A stretch of DNA of 64,000 bases. Origin: Candidatus Omnitrophota bacterium (GTDB lineage: Bacteria; Hinthialibacterota; Hinthialibacteria; Hinthialibacterales; Hinthialibacteraceae). A program made the translations under genes and the position numbers. The stretch is from positions 10,714 through 74,713 of the forward strand of contig JAFGTC010000309.1 in the NCBI GenBank assembly GCA_016934335.1, in the 5' to 3' direction. The first letter of the stretch is position 1. Every line of letters starts with the position of its first letter. The notes beneath the pieces were generated by a model. That model was not told the origin of the DNA and made no database searches. It saw only the letters and a list, made by a program, of their open reading frames with translations. This document shows, one piece after another, positions 50,030 through 59,508 of the stretch.

Positions 50030-51319
50030 ATGAGAAAACCAATGTATTGCTGTGTCGCGCTTCTCGCCGTCTTCGCCTCCGCCGCTGTTCTTCCTTCTTC
50101 CTTGTACGCTCTTTCCGACGCCGAAAAAGAGAACGGCTTCATTTCCCTGTTCAACGGCTGGGATTTAAGCGGCTGGAAAATCATGGGTAATGAGGAAGCC
50201 TGGAAAGTCGAAGACGAGACGATCCATGCTTTGCCCGAACTTAACGGCGGCTTCATCCAAAGCGAACAATCCTTCGAAAATTTCCTCCTGCGCCTGGAAT
50301 ACAAAACCGGCCCCAACGCCAACAGCGGCGTTTTCATTCACGTTCCCAAACACGGGCGCCAATCCCGCGTGGGAGGCGAAATCCAGATTTTTGACAGCTA
50401 TGGTAAAGATCCCACCATCCACAGCGCCGGCGCCATCTACGACAAAATCGCCCCGCTCGTCACCGCCAGCCGCCCTGCGGGGGAATGGCACGACCTCGAA
50501 ATCTACTTCGAATACCCTCGTCTCAAAGTAACTTTGAATCACACCGTCGTGCAGGATCTAGACCTCAGTCAGGACGAACGCCTTCGATGGCGCAATCGCA
50601 TCGGCCCCTTCGGCCTGCAGGAGCACGGCAACCATGTCTGGTTCCGAAACGTGCGCGTGAAGGATTTGGGCGGCCCCGAGCGCGATTCCTGGCAGCCTCT
50701 CTTCCCCGATAAAAATATGGACGGCTGGCGCAGCGAAAGCGGCGCCGCCAATTGGAAATACCAAGGCCGCCAAATGATCATCACCATCGACGCCGATAAT
50801 TTGAATCCAGGTCATGAATTCCTCAAAGACGAAGAGCGCTTGAACCTTTTGGGAAACGCAACCATCCAAGTGCAAGACGCCTGCATTGTCGGCGAACGCA
50901 GCAGCGGGTATCTGGTCTCCAATCAAACCTGTAAAAATTTTCATCTCTGGGCCTACGCCAAAACCAGCCCCGAAGCCATGGGCGGGATCTGGGTGCGATG
51001 GAAGGATGCTCAAAATCCCGGATACTGCGTATCCTTATGGAACGACCGCCGCGATCCCTATAAAACCGGAAGCATCCTGCAGAAAGCCAAAAACTGGAGC
51101 GAATCGGTTTTGGCCCCGGCGGGCGGTAAATACGTTAAAGACGGCGATTGGTTCCCCCTCCAAATCATCGCTGAAGGAAAAACCATCACCGCCATCGTGA
51201 ACGGCAACATAGCCGCCAAATACGAAGAAGCCGAAGAGCGCGAAGGAAGCATCGCCCTAAGCGTCTTCTCCGGCGGAACGACGGTCAGCCTCAAAGACGT
51301 CCGCATCCTGACATATTGA
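50030..51319 (+). CDS. Secreted protein with two DUF1080 (3-keto-disaccharide hydrolase / LamG-like) domains
   Basis: Signal peptide. Repeated GWxxxG...WK...NSGVFIH-type blocks typical of DUF1080. GGAGG RBS. Confidence 0.65.
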   Translation: MRKPMYCCVALLAVFASAAVLPSSLYALSDAEKENGFISLFNGWDLSGWKIMGNEEAWKVEDETIHALPELNGGFIQSEQSFENFLLRLEYKTGPNANSGVFIHVPKHGRQSRVGGEIQIFDSYGKDPTIHSAGAIYDKIAPLVTASRPAGEWHDLEIYFEYPRLKVTLNHTVVQDLDLSQDERLRWRNRIGPFGLQEHGNHVWFRNVRVKDLGGPERDSWQPLFPDKNMDGWRSESGAANWKYQGRQMIITIDADNLNPGHEFLKDEERLNLLGNATIQVQDACIVGERSSGYLVSNQTCKNFHLWAYAKTSPEAMGGIWVRWKDAQNPGYCVSLWNDRRDPYKTGSILQKAKNWSESVLAPAGGKYVKDGDWFPLQIIAEGKTITAIVNGNIAAKYEEAEEREGSIALSVFSGGTTVSLKDVRILTY

Positions 51320-51355
51320 CCGCATCGATTCCGCGACAACCTTCATCCAATCAAC

Positions 51356-51397
51356 AAGCCCGCGGCCGGCATGAAGCCGCGGGCTTGATTTTCATTT
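51356..51397. terminator. Bidirectional rho-independent terminator (10-bp stem AAGCCCGCGG/CCGCGGGCTT + T-rich run)
   Basis: Seen in sequence between the convergent DUF1080 and DUF4097 genes. Confidence 0.6.
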
Positions 51398-51419
51398 CCT
51401 CGATCCCCGAACGCGAGAA

Positions 51420-52325
51420 TCAATTTGTCTGTCGCTTTTTCAACGAAATATTACCGTTGGTGGTTGTCAGGAAAATTCGATTTTCTCCCCCTTCGCCGAT
51501 CGATCCTCGAAGGCTTTTCTTTTGAGACGACGCCCCTGGAACGGCGAAATCAGAAGCAATGCGCCCGTTGCTGACGCTCGCATCCAGCTGCCCCGAAAAT
51601 TGGGCGGGCAGCGATAGGGTGATCGAGCCGTTCGTCGACACGGCGGTAATCGGCGCCGCGCCGCTCTCGATGTCCAACTCCACGCCGCCGTTGGTGGTTG
51701 AGAAATCCGCTCTCTCGCTCAGCGCGATCTGCCGGGCCGATATTTTTCCGTTGGTCGTCGAGGCGTTAATGCGTCCTGACGAATCGGCGATGTCCACCGA
51801 TCCGTTTGTGGTGCGCAATTGAATCTCGCCTTGGCCCCCGGTCAAATGAATCGATCCGTTCGTGGTTAAAGCGTCGACCGCTCGTTGCAGCCGGTCTATC
51901 GAGATTTTCCCATTGGTCGATTTCAATTTGGCTTCCATCTGCGGCGGGCAGGAGATGGTATAACTCACGCCGACCTGAACCTGCTTCCATCCGCTGGGAT
52001 GTTCATGAAATACATTCAAAGCCCCTTCGTCCTGTTCGACATACAAGACCACTTCCCCGGCATATTCCTTCGCTTTTTCTTCCGTTTTCGCTCGAATTGT
52101 TTTCACGGCGTGAATTTTGATCTCCGGCGCATCGGTGCTGCTCACGATAATCGCCCCGTTGGTCGTAACCACGTCGATCAACTCCACCTCCGCGGCGGAA
52201 AGCGACCAATCTTTCTCTTCCTCATATTTCGCCTTCAAATCCCATCCCGCCAGGTTGCATCCGCAGAGATAGATGCAGAGGATGGCGCACAAGAAAGACG
52301 GTAAAATGGTATAATTCTTTTTCAT
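51420..52325 (-). CDS. DUF4097-type putative adhesin lipoprotein (beta-helix TTNGxI repeats)
   Basis: Lipobox LCGC. Repeated TTNG(S/K)I motifs about every 20 aa. Confidence 0.7.
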   Translation of the reverse strand: MKKNYTILPSFLCAILCIYLCGCNLAGWDLKAKYEEEKDWSLSAAEVELIDVVTTNGAIIVSSTDAPEIKIHAVKTIRAKTEEKAKEYAGEVVLYVEQDEGALNVFHEHPSGWKQVQVGVSYTISCPPQMEAKLKSTNGKISIDRLQRAVDALTTNGSIHLTGGQGEIQLRTTNGSVDIADSSGRINASTTNGKISARQIALSERADFSTTNGGVELDIESGAAPITAVSTNGSITLSLPAQFSGQLDASVSNGRIASDFAVPGASSQKKSLRGSIGEGGENRIFLTTTNGNISLKKRQTN

Positions 52326-52358
52326 CGCGGCTGTCTCCTTGACTCATTTTATTCGATT

Positions 52359-53354
52359 TTATTGTCGTTGAATGGAAATATTTCCGTGACTGCTTCTCAA
52401 ACGAACGATCGCCTCTCCGCCTTCGCCGATCGGCCCCGCCAGGCTGTCTTTTGAAGAACGCAAAACCGGAATGGGAAAATCGGTTTCAATGCGCCCATGG
52501 CTTGTCGACGCATCCAACCGGCCGGAATATTCTTTCGGCAAAGTCAGCGCAATGGAAGAATGCGTAGTCCCTGCAAAAACAGGCGCGCTTCCTCGATCGA
52601 TTTCGAGTTCGATGCGTCCATGCGTCGAGGCAAATCGAGCGGGCGCCGAAAGAGATAACCGCCGCCCCACAATGGCGCCATGGCTGGTCTGCACATCAAA
52701 ATTTCCTTGGCAGTCTTCGATATGAACAGCCGCATGCGTCGTTCGCAGAAAAACATCTTCCCCCTCCGCCGCCGCATCCTTCAAACGAATTTCTCCATGC
52801 GAGGTCTTCGCCTCTATTCGGCCCTCGCAATTCTGTACGATGATCGGCGCATGCGAAGTTCGCAAATCGATCTGCCCCTTCCCTCCGATCAGAGTTATCG
52901 CCCCATGCGTAGTTTCAGCATCCGCCTGATCTTGAACGCCCTTCATCTCGATCTTTCCATGCGTCGACGCCAGTTTCAAAGCGACGCCGGGGGGACATTC
53001 AATCGTATAACTCACCCCAACCCCGTAGTTGTTCATGACGGCGGGCTGCTTTTTATAAATGCGAAGTACATCGTTCTCCGGCGTCACATGCAGCGTCACT
53101 CGCTTCGAAAATTCTTCGGCCTTAGCATCCGTCCGAGCCAGGATGGTTTTGACCGCATGGATGGTAATTTGATCGACATCCCCGGCCGCGACCTCAATAG
53201 ATCCATGCGTGGTTTCCACATCGATCGTCTCGATCGCCGCCGCATCCAGCGTCCAATCTAACTCCTCCACATATTTCCCGTTAAATTCACAGCCCATCGC
53301 AAAAAAACACAACGACGCCGCTAGAACGGTATGGAGTTTCCCAATTTTTCTCAT
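52359..53354 (-). CDS. DUF4097-type putative adhesin lipoprotein, tandem paralog (TSHG/TTHG repeats)
   Basis: Lipobox AMGC. Repeated T(S/T)HGxI motifs. ATG 53354 with AAGGGTGG RBS. Confidence 0.7.
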   Translation of the reverse strand: MRKIGKLHTVLAASLCFFAMGCEFNGKYVEELDWTLDAAAIETIDVETTHGSIEVAAGDVDQITIHAVKTILARTDAKAEEFSKRVTLHVTPENDVLRIYKKQPAVMNNYGVGVSYTIECPPGVALKLASTHGKIEMKGVQDQADAETTHGAITLIGGKGQIDLRTSHAPIIVQNCEGRIEAKTSHGEIRLKDAAAEGEDVFLRTTHAAVHIEDCQGNFDVQTSHGAIVGRRLSLSAPARFASTHGRIELEIDRGSAPVFAGTTHSSIALTLPKEYSGRLDASTSHGRIETDFPIPVLRSSKDSLAGPIGEGGEAIVRLRSSHGNISIQRQ

Positions 53355-53580
53355 AATCGCCACCCTTTTATTGAAACGTCCAATATTGAAACATCAAAGC
53401 GCATTTTGGATGGGGAAAATTCGATATGTCTTACCATCTAAAATAGCTAAATCCCGCCCTTTTTTCGAACGTTATCCCCATCCTTCACACCTTTCTCCTC
53501 TCATTATACGGAAGAGATACTGATTAATTTCAAATGATCAAAGAAAAGTTTTTATGGAAAAGTTTTTGAAAGAGAAAAAA

Positions 53581-53680
53581 GTGAAATATTTCACCATGTT
53601 TCCAGATTCTTGGATAAGGGCTTTTTATCCCATTTGACTTATCGATTTTTTATCGATAGACTACAATACTTACCGGTAAG
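53581..53680. promoter_or_regulatory. TetR-gene upstream region with three separate perfect palindromes (GTGAAATATTTCAC, TATCGAT-N5-ATCGATA, CTTACCGGTAAG) and a TTGACT -35-like hexamer
   Basis: Seen directly at 53581-53594, 53640-53658, 53669-53680. -35-like TTGACT at 53634. Confidence 0.45.
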
Positions 53681-53708
53681 TAAATAAAGAAACCGCCAAG
53701 GAATTGAG

Positions 53709-54317
53709 ATGGTAATCAGGACGCAAAACATAGATAATCAGATGGATACGCGTGAAAAAATCGCCTACGCGGCAACCCATCTCTTCGCCGTGCATGGCTA
53801 TGACGCCACCAGCATCCGGGATATCGCGGAGAAAGCGGGAGTCACCAAGCCGGTTGTCTACTACTACTTTCAAAGCAAAGAAAATCTGTTCGCCACCTTG
53901 ATTCACGAAGCCTATGATTTCTTTTTTCAGGCTCTTGAAAAACTTTTCGAGGAAGAAACCGATTTCTGGGATCGCTGGAAAAAAGTGACGCGTCTCTATT
54001 TCGATTTGAGCATGCAATATCGAGACACCGTCCAACTGATCTATATTTATTCTTTTGGACCGCGCGGCAAAAGCCCGAGGATCAACATGCTCGAAATCGA
54101 AAACATCCACACGCAATTCCTGGCCCGTTTATTCCGAGAAGGCATGCAGCAAGGGCTCGTACGAAACATCGAAAACATCGAATGGATCACCAATCTTTAT
54201 CTAGGCGTCATCGTCATTTATCAGCAGCAATTGCTTTTTACCGACGTCCCCATCCCTGAAAACTATTCGGACATCATCATGGAAATGGTGTATAACGGAA
54301 TTGGAGGCGCAAAATAA
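53709..54317 (+). CDS. TetR/AcrR-family transcriptional regulator
   Basis: N-terminal HTH (AAThLFAvhGYDATSIRDIAEKAGVTKPVVYYYF). Stop overlaps the MFP start (TAATG). Confidence 0.85.
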   Translation: MVIRTQNIDNQMDTREKIAYAATHLFAVHGYDATSIRDIAEKAGVTKPVVYYYFQSKENLFATLIHEAYDFFFQALEKLFEEETDFWDRWKKVTRLYFDLSMQYRDTVQLIYIYSFGPRGKSPRINMLEIENIHTQFLARLFREGMQQGLVRNIENIEWITNLYLGVIVIYQQQLLFTDVPIPENYSDIIMEMVYNGIGGAK

Positions 54318-55420
54318 TGTCCCTTTTGATGCGCATTTTGAAATATCTGGCGCTGCCCTTTTTTTTCTTGATCGTTTATTTCGCCGTCACGCTGATTCCC
54401 AACAGCTCCGCCCAGCGGGAAGGGCAGGAATCGTCCGATCCCCCCTTGAAGCGCATCAAAATCATGGAAGTCGCCCCGCAACCCTTCGAAGAAACCATTC
54501 TCATCCCCGGCGTCGTCGAAGCCTATGAGGATGTGAACATCGGCGCAGGCATCCCCGGCATCGTCGAAGAAGTCTACGTCAAAGAGGGAGACCGAGTTAA
54601 AAAAGGGCAGGAACTGTTTCAGATCGATCTGCGTTCACGGCAAGCCCGCCTGGAAGACGCCAAAGCCGCCCATGAACTCGCCCAAAAAAGCCTGGAACGA
54701 AAAAAAACGCTGCGCAATCGCGGCGACATCACCATTCAGGAATATGACGAAGCGGTCGCTCGCGAACTCCAAGCCGCGGCGATTATGCGCTCCCTGGAAG
54801 TAGAAGTGTCTTTGGGGCATATCTTCGCCCCCATGGAAGGAATTATCGACGCAATCGACGCGGATGCCGGAGAATATATGCACGAAGGATCGCAGCTGGC
54901 CCGCCTCCTGTCGATCGATAAGATCAAAATCGTCGTAGGGATTCCGGAACGCCATGCGGACGCCGTGGCGAGCGAGAAAACCGCCAAAGTGCACTTGCAG
55001 GCGCTCAACGAAATTCGCAGCGCCGAACTCGAGCGCATCGCCTTCGAAGCCAATCCGCAGACCAATACCTTCGAAGCCACGCTGATCCTGGAAAATAAAG
55101 ATCACCGCATTCGCCCGGGCATGATTATTCGAGCCGAACTGGTCGTCAAACGTGTTCAAGACGCCTTGCTGATCCCCTTGGAAGCCCTGGTCAAACGAGA
55201 AACGGGTATGGTGGTCTTCGTCGTAACCGACGGCGAGGCGGCCGCCCGCCCGGTTGAAATGGGCGCATTCCAAAAACAATTCGTCGAAATCGTTGCGGGG
55301 CTTCAGCCTTACGAAAAAATCGTGTTGATCGGACAGCAGGATCTATCCGACGGGCAGGCGGTCGATGTCGTGGAAAGCGTCCCCATGCCGCGCACCTTGG
55401 GGGAAGAGGGCCTGCAATGA
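54317..55420 (+). CDS. RND efflux periplasmic adaptor (membrane fusion protein, HlyD/AcrA family)
   Basis: N-terminal TM anchor plus biotinyl-lipoyl, beta-barrel and MP domains. Stop overlaps the RND start (ATGA). Confidence 0.85.
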   Translation: MSLLMRILKYLALPFFFLIVYFAVTLIPNSSAQREGQESSDPPLKRIKIMEVAPQPFEETILIPGVVEAYEDVNIGAGIPGIVEEVYVKEGDRVKKGQELFQIDLRSRQARLEDAKAAHELAQKSLERKKTLRNRGDITIQEYDEAVARELQAAAIMRSLEVEVSLGHIFAPMEGIIDAIDADAGEYMHEGSQLARLLSIDKIKIVVGIPERHADAVASEKTAKVHLQALNEIRSAELERIAFEANPQTNTFEATLILENKDHRIRPGMIIRAELVVKRVQDALLIPLEALVKRETGMVVFVVTDGEAAARPVEMGAFQKQFVEIVAGLQPYEKIVLIGQQDLSDGQAVDVVESVPMPRTLGEEGLQ

Positions 55421-58400
55421 CCTTATCGGAATTCAGCGTTCATCATAAAACAACCGTGGCGGTGTTGATCGTCATCATCATCATAACGGGCTCGTACGCT
55501 TATCTCACGCTGCCGCGCGAATCGTTTCCCGACATCACGATCCCTTATATTATCGTAACCACTCAGTATGAAGGCGTGGCCCCGTCGGATATCGAAAACC
55601 TGATCACAAACGAAATCGAAAAAAAACTGATCACCATCAGCGAGATCGACGAACTTCGCTCCTACTCGTCGGAAGGCGCCTCCACCATCGTTGTGGAATT
55701 CACAACGGGCATCGATACGGACGCCGCTCTGCAAAAAGTGCGTGACAAGGTCGATGAAGCGAAATCCGAACTGCCTTCCGATCTGGATGACGATCCCATC
55801 GTCGATGAAATCAATCTCGCCGAATTCCCCATCATGACGGTGGTAGTGTCCGGCCCCGTAGGATTGGTGAAATTGAAAGACATCGCCGATGACATGTCGG
55901 ACGATTTCGAAAGCGTGAGCGGCGTACTCGAAGCGCCTGTGCTGGGGGGATTGGAGCGAGAAATACGGGTGGTGTACGAACCGGAGCGGCTGGCCGCCTA
56001 CAAACTCTCGGTCACCGACGTCATGAATTCGGTTCTTTCGAACAATCTCAACACGCCGGGCGGAAAGATGGACATCGGCCCGAACAATTATCTGGTCAAG
56101 ATTCCCGGCGAATTTGAAGATCCCTCCGAAGCGCGAAAAATCATTGTTTTTTCCAATGACAAGCAATCCATCTACATCACCGACGTCGCCCGCATGGTAG
56201 ACGGATTCGAAGAGCCCAAAACCAAATCGAGAAACAATCAAAAAGAATCGGTCTCCATCAATATCGTCAAACGCAGCGGCGAAAATATCATCGAAATCTC
56301 CGAAGAAATCAAAAAGATTGTCGCCGACTATCAAGCGACCTCGCCGGAAGGCGTCGACATCTCCATCGTCATGGATCAATCCAAGGACATTTATACCATG
56401 ATCTCCGACCTGGAGAACAGCGTCCTGTCGGGATTGATCCTGGTTCTCATTGTGGTGCTGTTCGCGATGGGGCTGCGCAACGCCATGATCGTGGCCTCCG
56501 CCATCCCCTTATCCATGCTCATTACGTTTTTTGTTCTCAAATATATAGGCTTGACCTTGAATATGATTGTTCTCTTTTCGCTGGTGCTGGCGGTGGGGAT
56601 GCTCGTCGACAACGCCATCGTGATCGTAGAAAACATCTACCGGCATCGCACGGAGGGCAAAGGGCGGCTGGAGGCCTCCGTGACCGGCAGCCGCGAAGTC
56701 ATGTGGCCCGTGATCGCCAGCACCGCCACGACCGTCGGCGCATTTTTCCCCATCGTGTTCTGGCCTGGAATTATGGGCGAATTCATGGGGTATCTGCCTC
56801 AAACCGTCATCATCGCCCTAATCGCCTCTCTTTTTGTCGCCCTGATCGTCAATCCGACATTATGCGCCTTGTTCATGCGCGTGAAGCCGAAGCACGCAGA
56901 AAAAAAAGCCGACGGATTTTTCATGCGCGCCTATACGCCTGTGATCGCCGCCGCCGTACGGAATCCCTTTTATACGCTGAGCTGGGCCGTCAGTTTGCTG
57001 ATTCTGGTGGTTTATGCCTACAGCCAATTGGGTCATGGAATCGAACTGTTTCCTGAAATCGATCCGAAGCGGGCCTATGTAAACATCAATATGCCTACAG
57101 GCGCCAACATCTACGAAACAGACGCCCTTGTGAAACAATTGGAAGCGATTGCAGCCGAATACCCCGAAATCCAGAATATGATAACAACGGTCGGCTCATC
57201 GGGATCGTCCAACATTCTATCCCCATCGCAGAGCGACTCGCCCGACGCCGCCCAGATCATGCTCGAGTTCCCGGATATGGAAGACCGCACGCGCCCGTCG
57301 GAAGAAGTGCTGCAGGAGCTGCGCCGGCGATTTCACCCTTTCTACCAAGCGGAAATCGAAATCCAAAAAGAAGAAAACGACCCCTCGTCAGGCGCGCCGG
57401 TAACCGTCGAACTGTCCGGCGAATCCTACAATGTTCTTGTTCCGCTCATGCGCGAAATCAAAGAGCGCATCCGGGGAATACCCGGGCTCGTGAATATGGA
57501 TGATGATTATGTAGTCGCCCGGCCGGAAATCATCGTCAAGGTGGATAAAGAGCGAGCGGCGCTTATGAAGTTGAACACGCGGGAAATCGCGACGAATATA
57601 AAAGCAGCTATTCGCGGCATCGACGCCGGCGTATATCGCGAAGGCAACGATGAATATGACATCGTCGTCCAACTGCCTTTGGATCGCCGCAAAGATTTAT
57701 ACGCGCTGCGAAATCTGATGGTCTCAGGCCTGGCGGGAAATCATGTCCCCCTGAGTTCGGTCGCCGGCATCGAACTGTCCGCCGGCCTCGGTACAATCGT
57801 GCGCACCGACCAGAAACGAGTCATCACCATCGAAGCCGAAGCGGAAGGGCGTTTGGGAAACGACGTATTAAAAGACGTCCAAAAAGAACTGGCCGGCTTG
57901 AATCTCCCCCAAGGCTATCAGCTCCAATATCGCGGCGAAGACGAAGACCGCCAGGAGGCGCAGGAATTCTTGAGCGAAGCGTTCGTTGCGGCGTTGATGA
58001 TTATTACGCTCATTTTAGTAACTGAATTTAATTCGATCTACAAACCTTTCGTTATTCTGTCATCAGTTATACTTTCTACTATAGGGGTTTTTATCGGTCT
58101 GCTGATAACCTACACCCCCTTCGGAGTCATTATGACCGGCGTCGGCGTCATTAGTTTGGCCGGCGTGGTCGTCAATAACGCCATCGTTCTGTTGGACTAC
58201 ACGGATCAGTTGCGCGAGCGCGGCCGCAGCCATGTCGAGTCGCTGATCGAGGCGGGCCGCGTTCGTCTGCGCCCCGTTGTCTTGACGGCCGTCACCACGA
58301 TTTTGGGATTAATTCCTATGGCGGTCGGCGTCAGTTACGACTTCCGAAGCGGAGGATGGCAAATCGGCAGCGAATCGGCCCAATGGTGGAGCCCGATGGC

Positions 58401-58554
58401 CGTCGCCGTCATCTTTGGATTGGCCGTCGCCACGCTGCTGACGCTGATCGTCGTCCCGGCCATGGTTTCCGCCGGCGACATGACCATCGCCGCCTGCCGC
58501 CGGCTGAACAGCGCCGCCCGCGCACGACAAACCAATCCGCAGACGAACGCATGA
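55417..58554 (+). CDS. RND-family efflux permease (AcrB/HAE1-like, 12 TM)
   Basis: 1045 aa, twofold-repeat architecture with two large periplasmic loops. Conserved TM4/TM10 regions. Confidence 0.95.
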   Translation: MTLSEFSVHHKTTVAVLIVIIIITGSYAYLTLPRESFPDITIPYIIVTTQYEGVAPSDIENLITNEIEKKLITISEIDELRSYSSEGASTIVVEFTTGIDTDAALQKVRDKVDEAKSELPSDLDDDPIVDEINLAEFPIMTVVVSGPVGLVKLKDIADDMSDDFESVSGVLEAPVLGGLEREIRVVYEPERLAAYKLSVTDVMNSVLSNNLNTPGGKMDIGPNNYLVKIPGEFEDPSEARKIIVFSNDKQSIYITDVARMVDGFEEPKTKSRNNQKESVSINIVKRSGENIIEISEEIKKIVADYQATSPEGVDISIVMDQSKDIYTMISDLENSVLSGLILVLIVVLFAMGLRNAMIVASAIPLSMLITFFVLKYIGLTLNMIVLFSLVLAVGMLVDNAIVIVENIYRHRTEGKGRLEASVTGSREVMWPVIASTATTVGAFFPIVFWPGIMGEFMGYLPQTVIIALIASLFVALIVNPTLCALFMRVKPKHAEKKADGFFMRAYTPVIAAAVRNPFYTLSWAVSLLILVVYAYSQLGHGIELFPEIDPKRAYVNINMPTGANIYETDALVKQLEAIAAEYPEIQNMITTVGSSGSSNILSPSQSDSPDAAQIMLEFPDMEDRTRPSEEVLQELRRRFHPFYQAEIEIQKEENDPSSGAPVTVELSGESYNVLVPLMREIKERIRGIPGLVNMDDDYVVARPEIIVKVDKERAALMKLNTREIATNIKAAIRGIDAGVYREGNDEYDIVVQLPLDRRKDLYALRNLMVSGLAGNHVPLSSVAGIELSAGLGTIVRTDQKRVITIEAEAEGRLGNDVLKDVQKELAGLNLPQGYQLQYRGEDEDRQEAQEFLSEAFVAALMIITLILVTEFNSIYKPFVILSSVILSTIGVFIGLLITYTPFGVIMTGVGVISLAGVVVNNAIVLLDYTDQLRERGRSHVESLIEAGRVRLRPVVLTAVTTILGLIPMAVGVSYDFRSGGWQIGSESAQWWSPMAVAVIFGLAVATLLTLIVVPAMVSAGDMTIAACRRLNSAARARQTNPQTNA

Positions 58555-58605
58555 TCGATTCTAATCCTCTACTTAGACTTTATACAACTTTGACAGGAAT
58601 TCATC

Positions 58606-59439
58606 ATGAAGCATCGTTGGACCATCCCGCTCGTTCTCATTCTTATTGCCGTCAATGTCATTATTAAGATTCCCGATCCTGAACTGAAGAAGGTTTTTGC
58701 CGAGAAGGTCAATTGCGCCATCGAATATTATAAAGAACGCGCTCATCACTATTACCTGCAATGCACTGGGCAGCTGCCGCCGGCGATCATCACGAAACAC
58801 TATCGGGAATGGCTGCGCTTCCAGATTTTATGCGATGCTCTTTTGTTGGACTCCCACAAATCCATCGAATTATTCTGTCTCTACATCGACGCCCAAGATA
58901 AGGTGCGCGATCATCGAATTCACGAAAGCCAACTCGAACCCGAAAATATGCTTCCGGAGCCGGGATTGCAGCTGTATCACCGAATCAACCGGGAAATCGT
59001 TTCCGCCTTCAAAATGAATGCGCAAGGAATGCTGACCCATGACGAATTGAGCGTCGTCGATAACGTTTTAACCTTTCGCGGCGTCGCTCCCGACATCGAT
59101 CTGCGCGCGCTGCGCTTGACCCGCTTGAATGACGTCCAGCGAAAATCCATGCGCCCTTACTCTGTTCAATTGGTCGAATTTCTTCTATCCAAGCCGTCGG
59201 AATATCCATGGACGCTGGAAAAGGGAAAAGCGGAGCCGACTCCACCCTCCCCCGCCGACCGCGACAGCCTCGAATCGCCAAAGCATCATCTCATGATCAA
59301 AGCCAACCAAATTCTTTCAAACGATCAGATTCAGGAATGGCGATCCATGTATGCCAAAGCCAACCAAACCATTGAAGATTATCGGATGATGTTCGAAAAC
59401 ATGTATTCCTTCTTTTACGGTGGATATACTCCGAGTTAA
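58606..59439 (+). CDS. Membrane-anchored hypothetical protein, paralog of 25116-25985. Likely co-transcribed with the RND pump.
   Basis: N-terminal TM (IPLVLILIAVNVII). Shares the conserved blocks listed for the 25116 gene. Starts 52 nt after the RND stop with AGGA RBS. Confidence 0.5.
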   Translation: MKHRWTIPLVLILIAVNVIIKIPDPELKKVFAEKVNCAIEYYKERAHHYYLQCTGQLPPAIITKHYREWLRFQILCDALLLDSHKSIELFCLYIDAQDKVRDHRIHESQLEPENMLPEPGLQLYHRINREIVSAFKMNAQGMLTHDELSVVDNVLTFRGVAPDIDLRALRLTRLNDVQRKSMRPYSVQLVEFLLSKPSEYPWTLEKGKAEPTPPSPADRDSLESPKHHLMIKANQILSNDQIQEWRSMYAKANQTIEDYRMMFENMYSFFYGGYTPS

Positions 59440-59508
59440 ATGGAAGCGCGCGGCGCCTCTTCCGGCGATCCAGAAAAACGATGCGTCGGAAGAGAGTAGT
59501 AGGGGGGA

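Noticed and set aside
55423-56379. 318-aa minus-strand ORF
   Set aside because: Antisense to the RND permease gene.
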